DNA of 64,000 nucleotides from Octopus sinensis. Its lineage: Eukaryota. The notes under the pieces were generated by a model. That model saw nothing but the letters and a program-made list of their open reading frames with translations. It ran no database searches and was not told the origin of the DNA. This document shows positions 1 to 12,032 of this stretch, in pieces. The DNA lies in contig NC_043005.1 in assembly GCF_006345805.1 (NCBI RefSeq), positions 248,001-312,000 on the forward strand. The letters are read 5' to 3'. A program made the translations under genes and the position numbers. Positions within the stretch are counted from its first letter, which is position 1. Each line of letters begins with the position of its first letter.

Positions 1-107
1 AAATAATAAATGAGTGGAAATGGAACCGGTGAGTGTGTCGATGAATGAGACACAAGACATTAAAGCAGAATTACTCTGCCCAGTTACAACACTACACACA
101 CACACAG

Positions 108-147
<40 letters not shown>

Positions 148-275
148 GCACATATGTATGTATGTATGTATGTATATACACAAAGGGATTTGTATGATTG
201 TGTATAGAAGAATATATTACTCAAAGGAATTCCAACTCTGTTTTTCACGTTTTATTTATATTCTTATATAGGATA

Positions 276-1624
276 CTAGCAGAATTGCTCGGCGATTCTC
301 GGGGCTGAATTGCTTGAAAGTACTGTTAATGATTGCACTGAATTATGATGACTATTCAGGCAAATATTGATATAAGTTTACGGTGGGAGATAAGGACTTA
401 ACGATCAAACGTGTGCCATTGCATTGTTTTGGGGGAACCAAATTTCTAATGAGCATTATAGGGGCACCAACTTTAAGTTTAAGAATGTGTGGTGGTAGTC
501 TGGGGGGCTCAAAGGAATTGAGTACCTCTATAGGATAGTTGATGACATCCTCTGGGTCAGGAGTTGTATCGATAGACTTATATACATAGACATGCCCAGG
601 AATGAATTTTAGCATTTCATCATTTATATGGTGAACAGTTTTATTCCTCGGGGCCAGAATAGCCCTTTGGCCAATCCAATCCATATTATGATAATTAGCT
701 TGTAGATCTGGGAACACTGTATCTCTGAGATCAGAAGGCGTTTTAACAATGGTACAAATGGAATCGATGGCAATATTACCATTTTCATCCCCTGGTATTT
801 TGCCTTCGCCAAGTGCAAGGAGGGTGTGAGAAAATGCTGCTGATGTGATATCATGTCGCATATGAGCATGCATATTGGTGTGAAGTTTGAGAGTCTTCAC
901 CAGTGGCCACAATGTGGATGACTTAAGACACGCACTTACTGCATCAACTCTAGTCCCTTTGGGAATAACGGGAAGTGTTTGTCGGAAGTCCCCTGAAAGA
1001 AGAAGTGTTATGCCTGACATGGGAGCTGAAGAGTGTTTGATGTCTCAGAGAGATCTATCTAGTGCCTCAAGAGCACGTCTGTGGGCCATCGTGCATTCAT
1101 CCCAAACGATAAGCTTGCATCGTCTGAAGACTTCTGCTTGATCGGCGCTGTTACTGATGTTGCAAGCTGGTGTCTCAGTCTTCGCTAAGTCAAGCGGGAA
1201 CTTGAAAGTGGAATGAGCTGTCCTGCCGCCTGGCAACAAAGTAGCCGCAATTCCAGATGATGCCACAGCTAGGGCAATGCCTTGTGTTCGCCTAATCTCA
1301 GCCAATATCAATTTGTTGACAAAAGTTTTCCCAGTGCCCCAGGAGCGTCCAGGAAAAAAATCCCCCCAGCTTTGGGCCGGACTGAATTAACAACGGAGTT
1401 GTAAGCGAACTTTTTTTCTGGAAGGAGCTTTGGCTCATTGTCGGCTATGTACTCGGCAAGCTCGTCAACATTAAAACATGTCTCACGCAGCAAATGTGAA
1501 GACAGAGTGTTTGTGCGTTCCCGGTTTGTTGAAGGTAGGCCATAGACCGGCAAGGCACTACCGCCCATATCAAGTACAGTATTTTCGAACGTAGTTTGTT
1601 ACCACACAGCCAAACCTGCCCCTA

Positions 1625-1660
<36 letters not shown>

Positions 1661-2434
1661 GTAATGTGAATGAAATGTGAAAAAATGTTAACCGTGGAAG
1701 GAAAAGAAAGAAATATTAGCAGCTGAAAGAAATTTTTATGCGAGTATAGCGACAGAGTGTGTAAAATGTATTGAAATTTGAGTTAAAAGCAAGAAAATAA
1801 AGTTAGATTTGCAAGAATGGAAGTAGTTTACGTACATGTTCGAAATGTGAAGTGTTTTAGTTGTTTAATCAAATATTTGCGTAAAGTGTATAGAAAGGTA
1901 AATTGAAAAAGAAAATGAATTGAAATTTTTAAGAAAGGAATTTGTTTACATACATGTGTCAAATGGCAAATGTTTGTACAGTTGTCCGAAATGGGACCAG
2001 GGTAAATGTGTGGAACTGATGTATTATAATGAAAAGTCCTTCTTGTTCAAGGTACATTTGTGGTGTGTATTAAGTACTGTATATATAATGTGTTGCAGCT
2101 ATAAACTTTACATGCCACGTGATTACAATAGTGAAACAGTAATAATAATAATAATAACATACCTTTTTAATTTATCCCCATTTATGTGAAACCACTTATT
2201 CAAGTTCAAGTCATTGATGCAATTTCATACGAATTGCTAATACACACACACATAATAAGTTTGAAAAATTGAATATTAATTTGATTAATATGAACTGAAA
2301 ACCAGTGTTGTAGCATATAAGACCATAGGGAATCTTTTTCTAGCAAAAAGGATGACCAGTCTGAATGGGTCATCCCTGTCACACACACACACACGCACAC
2401 ACACACACACACACACACACGCACGCACGCAAAC

Positions 2435-2469
<35 letters not shown>

Positions 2470-3156
2470 CACGTTAGCTTACAATTTTATTTCAACAATT
2501 GACACTGACATTTTTGTATATATTTGCGTGTCAATGTGTGTAAAGAGGAAGTGGGAGTAATAGGCAGAGTAAATGCTTTGAAGTGAAAGAGTGAAATGTT
2601 AAAATATTGATTTTTCTCGAATTTTTTCTTAATTGGGGTGAAAGTGAAAGAAATTTGTATGCCATGACCGAATGGAATTACTTGGAAAAATCATAGGTGA
2701 AGTCTAATTGAAGAAATTGTGTGAGGAGTAAATCGTTATGTATTTATTTGTTTCTGTTTGCTGTGTATTTATTTTTGAGTTGTGGTTTAAGGTACACTTG
2801 CAAAGAGAAAGTAGGAGAAATTATGGTGATAGCATGAGTGAAGCAGTTCATCCCAGTTATATGAAGACTTTCACTTTAATTGTTGCAGACTTGCAAAGAG
2901 AAAGTAGCAGAAAGTGTGGTGGTAATGGTAGGAGTGAAGCAGTTTAAATGAAAGAGGGAAATCTAAAAATATTGAGTTTTCTCGAATTTTTGCTTAATTG
3001 GGGGTAAAATTTGAAAAACTGTACATGCCACGACCCGATGGATTCTACTCGTAAAAATGATAGGTAAATGCTAATTGAAGAAATTCTATATTGTAGAATT
3101 GTATAAAAAACAAACGGTTTGGGAGGCAGATAAAATCTGCATTTTATAATAAGAGA
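276..3156 (-). mobile_element. Internally deleted Helitron with both termini
   Basis: Minus strand begins TC (3156, TCTCTTATTATAAAATGCAG) after an A. It ends with an imperfect hairpin (CCCGAGAATCGCCGAG) then CTAG (279-276) followed by T, the A|TC...CTAG|T Helitron signature. It contains PIF1 helicase remnants. Confidence 0.85.
352..1590 (-). pseudogene. Helitron RepHel PIF1-family helicase fragment (frameshift and stop)
   Basis: Three consecutive ORFs carry PIF1 motifs: FFLDAPG (Walker A, frameshifted), AVASSGIAATLLPGGRTAHSTFK, IVWDECTM, GDFRQTLPV, RAILAPRN, LKLKVGAPIMLIRNL...CNGTRL. Confidence 0.92.
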
Positions 3157-3421
3157 TAAAATAATATAGTAAAAATAAATGAAATGAAGTATTGTCTGTT
3201 CTTATTGAACCAATGAAATATTAAGTATTAAATATATGTTGTGACTGGGGAGGGTCATATTGTCCATGCCTTGATATCCATCACACTCACCGGTTTCATT
3301 TCTGCACATTCATTATCGATATTTCTTCTTCCAAAATTCTCGTTGCTTTTGCAAGCTTGTCGATGGATATTGACTCTGTCCGTTATTGGAGATGCGTTCT
3401 TCGTTGCCTGTTTGTGAGCAT

Positions 3422-6400
3422 ATGTGTGCGTCAGTGTGCATGTGTGCGTCAGTGTGCATGTGTGCGTCAGTGTGCATGTGTGCGTCAGTGTGCATGTGTG
3501 CGTCAGTGTGCATGTGAGCGTCAGTGTGCATGTGTGCAAATGTGCATGTGTGCGTCAGTGTGCATGTGTGCGTCAGTGTGCATGTGTGCGTCAGTGTGCA
3601 TGTGTGCGTCAGTGTGTATGTGTGCGTCAGTGTGCATGTGAGCGTCAGTGTGCATGTGTGCAAATGTGCATGTGTGCGTCAGTGTGCATGTGTGCGTCAG
3701 TATGCATGTGTGCGTCAGTGTGCATGTGTGCGTCAGTGTGCATGTGTGCAAATGTGCATGTGTGCGTCAGTGTGCATGTGTGCGTCAGTGTGCATGTGTG
3801 CGTCAGTGTGCATGTGTGCGTCAGTGTGCATGTGTGCGTCAGTGTGCATGTGTGCGTCAGTGTGCATGTGTGCAAATGTGCATGTGTGCGTCAGTGTGCA
3901 TGTGTGCGTCAGTGTGCATGTGTGCGTCAGTGTGCATGTGTGCGTCAGTGTGCATATGTGCGTCAGTGTGCATGTCTGCGTCAGTGTGCATGTGTGCGTC
4001 AGTGTGCATGTGTGCGTCAGTGTGCATGTGTGCAAATGTGTATGTGTGCGTCAGTGTGCATGTGTGCGTCAGTGTGCATGTGTGCGTCAGTGTGCATGTG
4101 TGCAAATGTGCATGTGTGCGTCAGTGTGCATGTGTGCGTCAGTGTGCATGTGTGCGTCAGTGTGCATGTGTGCGTCAGTGTGCATGTGTGCGTCAGTGTG
4201 CATATGTGCGTCAGTGTGCATGTGTGCAAATGTACATGTGTGCGTCAGTGTGCATGTGTGCAAATGTGCATGTGTGCGTCAGTGTGCATGTGTGCGTCAG
4301 TGTGCATGTGTGCGTCAGTGTGCATGTGTGCAAATGTGCATGTGTGCGTCAGTGTGCATGTGTGCGTCAGTGTGCATGTGTGCATCAGTGTGCATGTGTG
4401 CGTCAGTGTGCATGTGTGCGTCAGTGTGCATGTGTGCAAATGTGCATGTGTGCGTCAGTGTGCATGTGTGCGTCAGTGTGCGTCAGTGTGCATGTGTGCG
4501 CCAGTGTGCATGTGTGCGTCAGTGTGCATATGTGCGTCAGTGTGCATGTGTGCGTCAGTGTGCATGTGTGCGTCAGTGTGCATGTGTGCAAATGTGCATG
4601 TGTGTGTCAGTGTGCATGTGTGCAAATGTGCATGTGTGCGTCAGTGTGCATGTGTGCGTCAGTGTGCATGTGTGCGTCAGTGTGCATGTGTGCGTCAGTG
4701 TGCATGTGAGCGTCAGTGTGCATGTGTGCAAATGTGCATGTGTGCGTCAGTGTGCATGTGTGCGTCAGTGTGCATGTGTGCGTCAGTGTGCATGTGTGCG
4801 TCAGTGTGCATGTGTGCGTCAGTGTGCATGTGTGCAAATGTGCATGTGTGCGTCAGTGTGCATGTGTGCGTCAGTGTGCATGTGTGCGTCAGTGTGCATG
4901 TGTGCGTCAGTGTGCATGTGTGCAAATGTGCATGTGTGCGTCAGTGTGCATGTGTGCGTCAGTGTGCATGTGTGCGTCAGTGTGCATGTGTGCGTCAGTG
5001 TGCATGTGTGCAAATGTACATGTGTGCGTCAGTGTGCATGTGTGCAAATGTGCATGTGTGCGTCAGTGTGCATGTGTACGTCAGCGTGCATGTGTGCGTC
5101 AGTGTGCATGTGTGCGTCAGTGTGCATGTGTGCGTCAGTGTGCATGTGTGCAAATGTGCATGTGTGCGTCAGTGTGCATGTGTGCGTCAGTGTCCATGTG
5201 TGCGTCAGTGTGCATGTGTGCGTCAGTGTGCATGTGTGCGTCAGTGTGCATGTGTGCGTCAGTGTGCATGTGTGCAAATGTGCATGTGTGCGTCAGTGTG
5301 CATGTGTGCAAATGTGCATGTGTGCGTCAGTGTGCATGTGTGCGTCAGTGTGCATGTGTGCAAATGTGCATGTGTGCGTCAGTGTGCATGTGTGCGTCAG
5401 TGTGCATGTGTGCGTCAGTGTGCATGTGTGCAAATGTGCATGTGTGCGTCAGTGTGCATGTCTGCGTCAGTGTGCATGTGTGCGTCAGTGTGCATGTGTG
5501 CGTCAGTGTGCATGTGTGCGTCAGTGTGCATGTGTGCGTCAGTGTGCATGTGTGCGTCAGTGTGCATGTGTGCGTCAGTGTGCATGTGTGCGTCAGTGTG
5601 CATGTCTGCGTCAGTGTGCATGTGTGCGTCAGTGTGCATGTGTGCGTCAGTGTGCATGTGTGCGTCAGTGTGCATGTGTGCGTCAGTGTGCATGTCTGCG
5701 TCAGTGTGCATGTGTGCGTCAGTGTGCATGTCTGCGTCAGTGTGCATGTGTGCGTCAGTGTGCATGTGTGCAAATGTGCATGTGTGCGTCAGTGTGCATG
5801 TGTGCGTCAGTGTGCATGTGTGCGTCAGTGTGCATGTGTGCGTCAGTGTGCATGTGTGCAAATGTGCATGTGTGCGTCAGTGTGCATGTGTGCGTCAGTG
5901 TGCATGTGTGCGTCAGTGTGCATGTGTGCGTCAGTGTGCATGTGTGCAAATGTGCATGTGTGCGTCAGTGTGCATGTGTGCGTCAGTGTGCATGTGTGCG
6001 TCAGTGTGCATGTGTGCGTCAGTGTGCATGTGTGCGTCAGTGTGCATGTGTGCGTCAGTGTGCATGTGTGCGTCAGTGTGCATGTGTGCGTCAGTGTGTA
6101 TGTGTGCGTCAATGTGCATGTGTGCGTCAGTGTGCATGTGTGCGTCAGTGTGCATGTGTGCGTCAGTGTGTATGTGTGCGTCAATGTGCATGTGTGCGTC
6201 AGTGTGCATGTGTGCGTCAGTGTGCATGTGTGCGTCAGTGTGTATGTGTGCGTCAATGTGCATGTGTGCGTCAGTGTGCATGTGTGCGTCAGTGTGCATG
6301 TGTGCGTCAGTGTGCATGTGTGCGTCAGTGTGCATGTGTGCAAATGTGCATGTGTGCGTCAGTGTGCATGTGTGCGTCAGTGTGCATGTGCGCAAATGTG

Positions 6401-9400
6401 CATGTGTGCGTCAGTGTGCATGTGTGCAAATGTGCATGTGTGCGTCAGTGTGCATGTGTGCAAATGTGCATGTGTGCGTCAGTGTGCATGTGTGCGTCAG
6501 TGTGCATGTGTGCGTCAGTGTGCATGTGTGCGTCTGTGTGCATGTGTGCGTCAGTGTGCATGTGTGCGTCAGTGTGCATGTGTGCAAATGTGCATGTGTG
6601 CGTCAGTGTGCATGTGTGCGTCAGTGTGCATGTATGCGTCAGTGTGCATGTGTGCGTCAGTGTGCATGTGTGCGTCAGTGTGCATGTGTGCGTCAGTGTG
6701 CATGTGTGCGTCAGTGTGTATGTGTGCGTCAATGTGCATGTGTGCGTCAGTGTGCATGTGTGCGTCAGTGTGCATGTGTGCAAAAGTGCATGTGTGCGTC
6801 AGTGTGCATGTGTGCGTCAGTGTGCATGTGTGCGTCAGTGTGCATGTGTGCGTCAGTGTGCATGTGTGTGTCAGTGTGCATGTGTGCAAATGTGCATGTG
6901 TGCAAATGTGCATGTGTGCGTCAGTGTGCATGTGTGCGTCAGTGTGCATGTGTGCGTCAGTGTGCATGTGTGCGTCAGTGTGCATGTGTGCGTCAGTGTG
7001 CATGTGTGCGTCAGTGTGCATGTGTGCGTCAGTGTGCATGTGTGCGTCAGTGTGCATGTGTGCGTCAGTGTGCATGTGTGCAAATGTGCATGTGTGTGTC
7101 AGTGTGCATGTGTGCGTCAGTGTGCATGTGTGCGTCAGTGTGCATGTGTGCGTCAGTGTGCATGTGTGCGTCAGTGTGCATGTGTGCGTCAGTGTGCATG
7201 TGTGCGTCAGTGTGCATGTGTGCAAATGTGCATATGTGCATCAGTGTGCATGTGAGCGTCAGTGTGCATGTGTGCGTCAGTGTGCATGTGTGCGTCAGTG
7301 TGCATGTGTGCGTCAGTGTGCATGTGTGCGTCAGTGTGCATGTGTGCGTCAGTGTGCATGTGTGCGTCAGTGTGCATGTGTGCGTCAGTGTGCATGTGTG
7401 CGTCAGTGTGCATGTGTGCGTCAGTGTGCATGTGTGCGTCAGTGTGCATGTGTGCGTCAGTGTGCATGTGTGCAAATGTGCATGTGTGCGTCAGTGTGCA
7501 TGTGTGCAAATGTGCATGTGTGCGTCAGTGTGCATGTGTGCGTCAGTGTGCATGTGTGCGTCAGTGTGCATGTGTGCGTCAGTGTGCATGTGTGCGTCAG
7601 TGTGCATGTGTGCAAATGTGCATGTGTGCGTCAGTGTGCATGTGTGCGTCAGTGTGCATGTGTGCGTCAGTGTGCATGTGTGCGTCAGTGTGCATGTGTG
7701 CGTCAGTGTGCATGTGTGCGTCAGTGTGCATGTGTGCGTCAGTGTGCATGTGTGTAAATGTGCATGTGTGCGTCAGTGTGCATGTGTGCGTCAGTGTGCA
7801 TGTGTGCAAATGTGCATGTGTGCGTCAGTGTGCATGTGTGCGTCAGTGTGCATGTCTGCGTCAGTGTGCATGTGTGCGTCAGTGTGCATGTGTGCAAATG
7901 TGCATGTGTGCGTCAGTGTGCATGTGTGCATCAGTGTGCATGTGTGCGTCAGTGTGCATGTGTGCAAATGTGCATGTGTGCGTCAGTGTGCATGTCTGCG
8001 TCAGTGTGCATGTGTGCGTCAGTGTGCATGTGTGCGTCAGTGTGCATGTGTGCGTCAGTGTACATGTGTGCGTCAGTGTGCATGTGTGCGTCAGTGTGCA
8101 TGTGTGCGTCAGTGTGCATGTGTGCGTCAGTGTGCATGTGTGCGTCAGTGTGCATGTGTGCGTCAGTGTGCATGTCTGCGTCAGTGTGCATGTGTGCGTC
8201 AGTGTGCATGTGTGCGTCAGTGTGCATGTGTGCGTCAGTGTGCATGTGTGCGTCAGTGTGCATGTCTGCGTCAGTGTGCATGTCTGCGTCAGTGTGCATG
8301 TGTGCGTCAGTGTGCATGTCTGCGTCAGTGTGCATGTGTGCGTCAGTGTGCATGTGTGCAAATGTGCATGTGTGCGTCAGTGTGCATGTGTGCGTCAGTG
8401 TGCATGTGTGCAAATGTGCATGTGTGCGTCAGTGTGCATGTGTGCGTCAGTGTGCATGTGTGCGTCAGTGTGCATGTGTGCAAATGTGCATGTGTGCGTC
8501 AGTGTGCATGTGTGCGTCAGTGTGCATGTGTGCGTCAGTGTGCATGTGTGCGTCAGTGTGCATGTGTGCGTCAGTGTGCATGTGTGCAAATGTGCATGTG
8601 TGTGTCAGTGTTCATGTGTGCGTCAGTGTGCATGTGTGCGTCAGTGTGCATGTGTGCGTCAGTGTGCATGTGTGCGTCAGTGTGCATGTGTGCGTCAGTG
8701 TGTATGTGTGCGTCAATGTGCATGTGTGCGTCAGTGTGCATGTGTGCGTCAGTGTGCATGTGTGCGTCAGTGTGTATGTGTGCGTCAATGTGCATGTGTG
8801 CGTCAGTGTGCATGTGTGCGTCAGTGTGCATGTGTGCGTCAGTGTTTATGTGTGCGTCAATGTGCATGTGTGCGTCAGTGTGCATGTGTGCGTCAGTGTG
8901 CATGTGTGCGTCAGTGTGCATGTGTGCAAATGTGCATGTGTGCGTCAGTGTGCATGTGTGCGTCAGTGTGCATGTGTGCGTCAGTGTGCATGTGTGCGTC
9001 CGTGTGCATGTGTGCGTCAGTGTGCATGTGTGCAAATGTGCATGTGTGCGTCAGTGTGCATGTGTGCGTCAGTGTGCATGTGTGCGTCAGTGTGCATGTG
9101 TGCGTCAGTGTGCATGTGTGCAAATGTGCATGTGTGCGTCAGTGTGCATGTGTGCGTCAGTGTGCATGTGTGCGTCAGTGTGCATGTGTGCAAATGTGCA
9201 TGTGTGCGTCAGTGTGCATGTGTGCGTCAGTGTGCATGTGTGCGTCGTGTGCATGTGTGCGTCAGTGTGCATGTGTGCAAATGTGCATGTGTGCGTCAGT
9301 GTGCATGTGTGCGTCAGTGTGCATGTGTGCGTCAGTGTGCATGTGTGCGTCAGTGTGCATGTGTGCGTCAGTGTGCATGTGTGCGTCAGTGTGCATGTGT

Positions 9401-11003
9401 GCAAATGTGCATGTGTGCGTCAGTGTGCATGTGTGCGTCAGTGTGCATGTGTGCGTCAGTGTGCATGTGTGCGTCAGTGTGCATGTGTGCGTCAGTGTGC
9501 ATGTGTGCGTCAGTGTGCATGTGTGCAAATGTGCATGTGTGCGTCAGTGTGCATGTGTGCAATGTGCATGTGTGCGTCAGTGTGCATGTGTGCGTCAGTG
9601 TGCATGTGTGCGTCAGTGTGCATGTGTGCGTCTGTGTGCATGTGTGCGTCAGTGTGCATGTGTGCGTCAGTTTGCATGTGTGCAAATGTGCATGTGTGCG
9701 TCAGTGTGCATGTGTGCGTCAGTGTGCATGTATGCGTCAGTGTGCATGTGTGCGTCAGTGTGCATGTGTGCGTCAGTGTGCATGTGTGCGTCAGTGCGTA
9801 TGTGTGCGTCAATGTGCATGTGTGCGTCAGTGTGCATGTGTGCGTCAGTGTGCATGTGTGCAAATGTGCATGTGTGCGTCAGTGTGCATGTGTGCGTCAG
9901 TGTGCATGTGTGCGTCAGTGTGCATGTGTGCGTCAGTGTGCATGTGTGCGTCAGTGTGCATGTGTGCGTCAGTGTGCATGTGTGCGTCAGTGTGCATGTG
10001 TGTGTCAGTGTGCATGTGTGCAAATGTGCATGTGTGCGTCAGTGTGCATGTGTGCGTCAGTGTGCATGTGTGCTTCAGTGTGCATGTGTGCGTCAGTGTG
10101 CATGTGTGCGTCAGTGTGCATGTGTGCGTCAGTGTGCATGTGTGCAAATGTGCATGTGTGTGTCAGTGTGCATGTGTGCGTCAGTGTGCATGTGTGCGTC
10201 AGTGTGCATGTGTGCGTCAGTGTGCATGTGTGCAAATGTGCATGTGTGCGTCAGTGTGCATGTGAGCGTCAGTGTGCATGTGTGCGTCAGTGTGCATGTG
10301 TGCGTCAGTGTGCATGTGTGCAAATGTGCACGTGTGCGTCAGTGTGCATGTGTGCGTCAGTGTGCATGTGTGCAAATGTGCATGTGTGCGTCAGTGTGCA
10401 TGTGAGCGTCAGTGTGCATGTGTGCGTCAGTGTGCATGTGTGCGTCAGTGTGCATGTGTGCGTCAGTGTGCATGTGTGCGTCAGTGTGCATGTGTGCAAA
10501 TGTGCATGTGTGCGTCAATGTGCATGTGTGCAAATGTGCATGTGTGCGTCAGTGTGCATGTGTGCAAATGTGCATGTGTGTGTCAGTGTACATGTGTGCG
10601 TCAGTGTTCATGTGTGCGTCAGTGTGCATGTGTGCGTCAGTGTGCATGTGTGCGTCAGTGTGCATGTGTGCGTCAGTGTGCATGTGTGCGTCAGTGTGCA
10701 TGTGTGCAAATGTGCATGTGTGCGTCAGTGTGCATGTGTGCGTCAGTGTGCATGTGTGCGTCAGTGTGCATGTGTGCGTCAGTGTGCATGTGTGCGTCAG
10801 TGTGCATATGTGCGTCAGTGTGCATGTGTGCGTCAGTGTGCATGTGTGCAAATGTGCATGTGTGCGTCAGTGTGCATGTGTGCGTCAGTGTGCATGTGTG
10901 CGTCAGTGTGCATGTGTGCAAATGTGCATGTGTGCGTCAGTGTGCATGTGTGCGTCAGTGTGCATGTGTGCGTCAGTGTGCATGTGTGCAAATGTGCATG
11001 TGT
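3422..11003. repeat. ~7.6-kb tandem satellite of 18-bp (TGTGCGTCAGTGTGCATG) and 16-bp (TGTGCAAATGTGCATG) units
   Basis: Directly visible and highly homogeneous, roughly 430 units by length. The 16-mer is interspersed irregularly among 18-mers. Confidence 0.98.
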
Positions 11004-11204
11004 ATGCACATGCATGCAATTATGCGTATATGTATGAAAGTATGTATGCATGTATGTATACATATATATATATACATGTATACACATATACATACACATT
11101 TGCGGTGTGTGTGTGTTCTTGCTTGTCCGTATTACCTATGTACCTATCTATTTCTACTTAACTATGTATCTATCTGTTTATTTACATATCCATTTATCTA
11201 CCTA

Positions 11205-11261
<57 letters not shown>

Positions 11262-11275
11262 CAAAGTGGAGTTGT

Positions 11276-11307
<32 letters not shown>

Positions 11308-11431
11308 CGCACGTATAATGGTATTTTCTATATAAGCTTAAAGTTTATGGCGATCACTGTGCAATGACTAAGGAAGATATTCTAATAAAGGGGCATATAT
11401 ACCCTCGACAGCAAAAAAGGGGAGCTTGTCT

Positions 11432-11501
11432 ATCCGCGTAGGAGTCGAACCTATATCCCTTTGTTAACGCGACAAAGTGTGTTACCTTTGCACAAGTGAA
11501 T
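11432..11501 (-). ncRNA. tRNA-like Pol III cassette (pseudo-tRNA or SINE head)
   Basis: Minus strand shows an A-box-like TGTGCAAAGGT, an anticodon-arm-like CTTTGT-CGCGTTA-ACAAAG, and a T-arm TAGG-TTCGACT-CCTA with a perfect B box GGTTCGACTCC. The acceptor stem is imperfect. A T6 run lies ~13 nt downstream (11413-11418). Confidence 0.55.
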
Positions 11502-11603
11502 CAGCCTCCCCATTTAAGTCAAATTTACCATTATTATTATTTACAGGATTGTAAAAACGGCGTCGTATAAAAAAAACATTCGCACCGAAGGCATATACAT
11601 ATA

Positions 11604-12032
11604 TATTAAGTTGGCAACTAAGTTCCCGCCGTTTATTCAAATTTTGGAATCTATTTTTTTTCGAGAATTCTATTTTTAAATCATTTTGGAATCTATTTTG
11701 TTTGTTTGTTTTTCTAGTTAATTTTAGTTACTTTTTGTTTATTTTCAGATCATTAAAATGGAATGTCAAGTTAAGAAAAACGAGCATTTTCGACACCTCC
11801 TTCTTTTTGCATTTAATCAAGATTCTAAGGCTGCAAAAGCTGCTCGCGACATTTATGCTGTGTATGGAGAGGGTGCCATAGCCGAAAGTACCGCTCGTGA
11901 TTGGTATGCCAAGTTCAAAAATATAAATTTTAACCTCAAAGACGCACCTCATTCTGGCCGTCCAGTTGAGTTCGATGAAGAGCGATTAAAGCAACATTTG
12001 CACGAAAATTCTCGTCAAACGACAAGGGAACT
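11604..12032 (+). mobile_element. Mariner transposon 5' fragment (TIR and HTH domain)
   Basis: TA-TTAAGTTGGCAACTAAG TIR-like start. ORF 11758 (HFRHLLLFAF...AARDIYAVYGEGAIAESTARDWYAKFK...SGRP) is a mariner N-terminal HTH, truncated near 12032. Confidence 0.88.

Noticed and set aside
3422-11003. CRISPR-like array
   Set aside because: No unique spacers and no cas genes. It is a head-to-tail eukaryotic satellite.
3424-11037. 2537-aa Cys-rich ORF (and overlapping 800-1200-aa ORFs), superficially metallothionein- or keratin-like
   Set aside because: The satellite monomers lack stop codons in all frames. The 16-mers shift the reading among three peptide repeats, so no frame is preserved and there is no sign of coding constraint.
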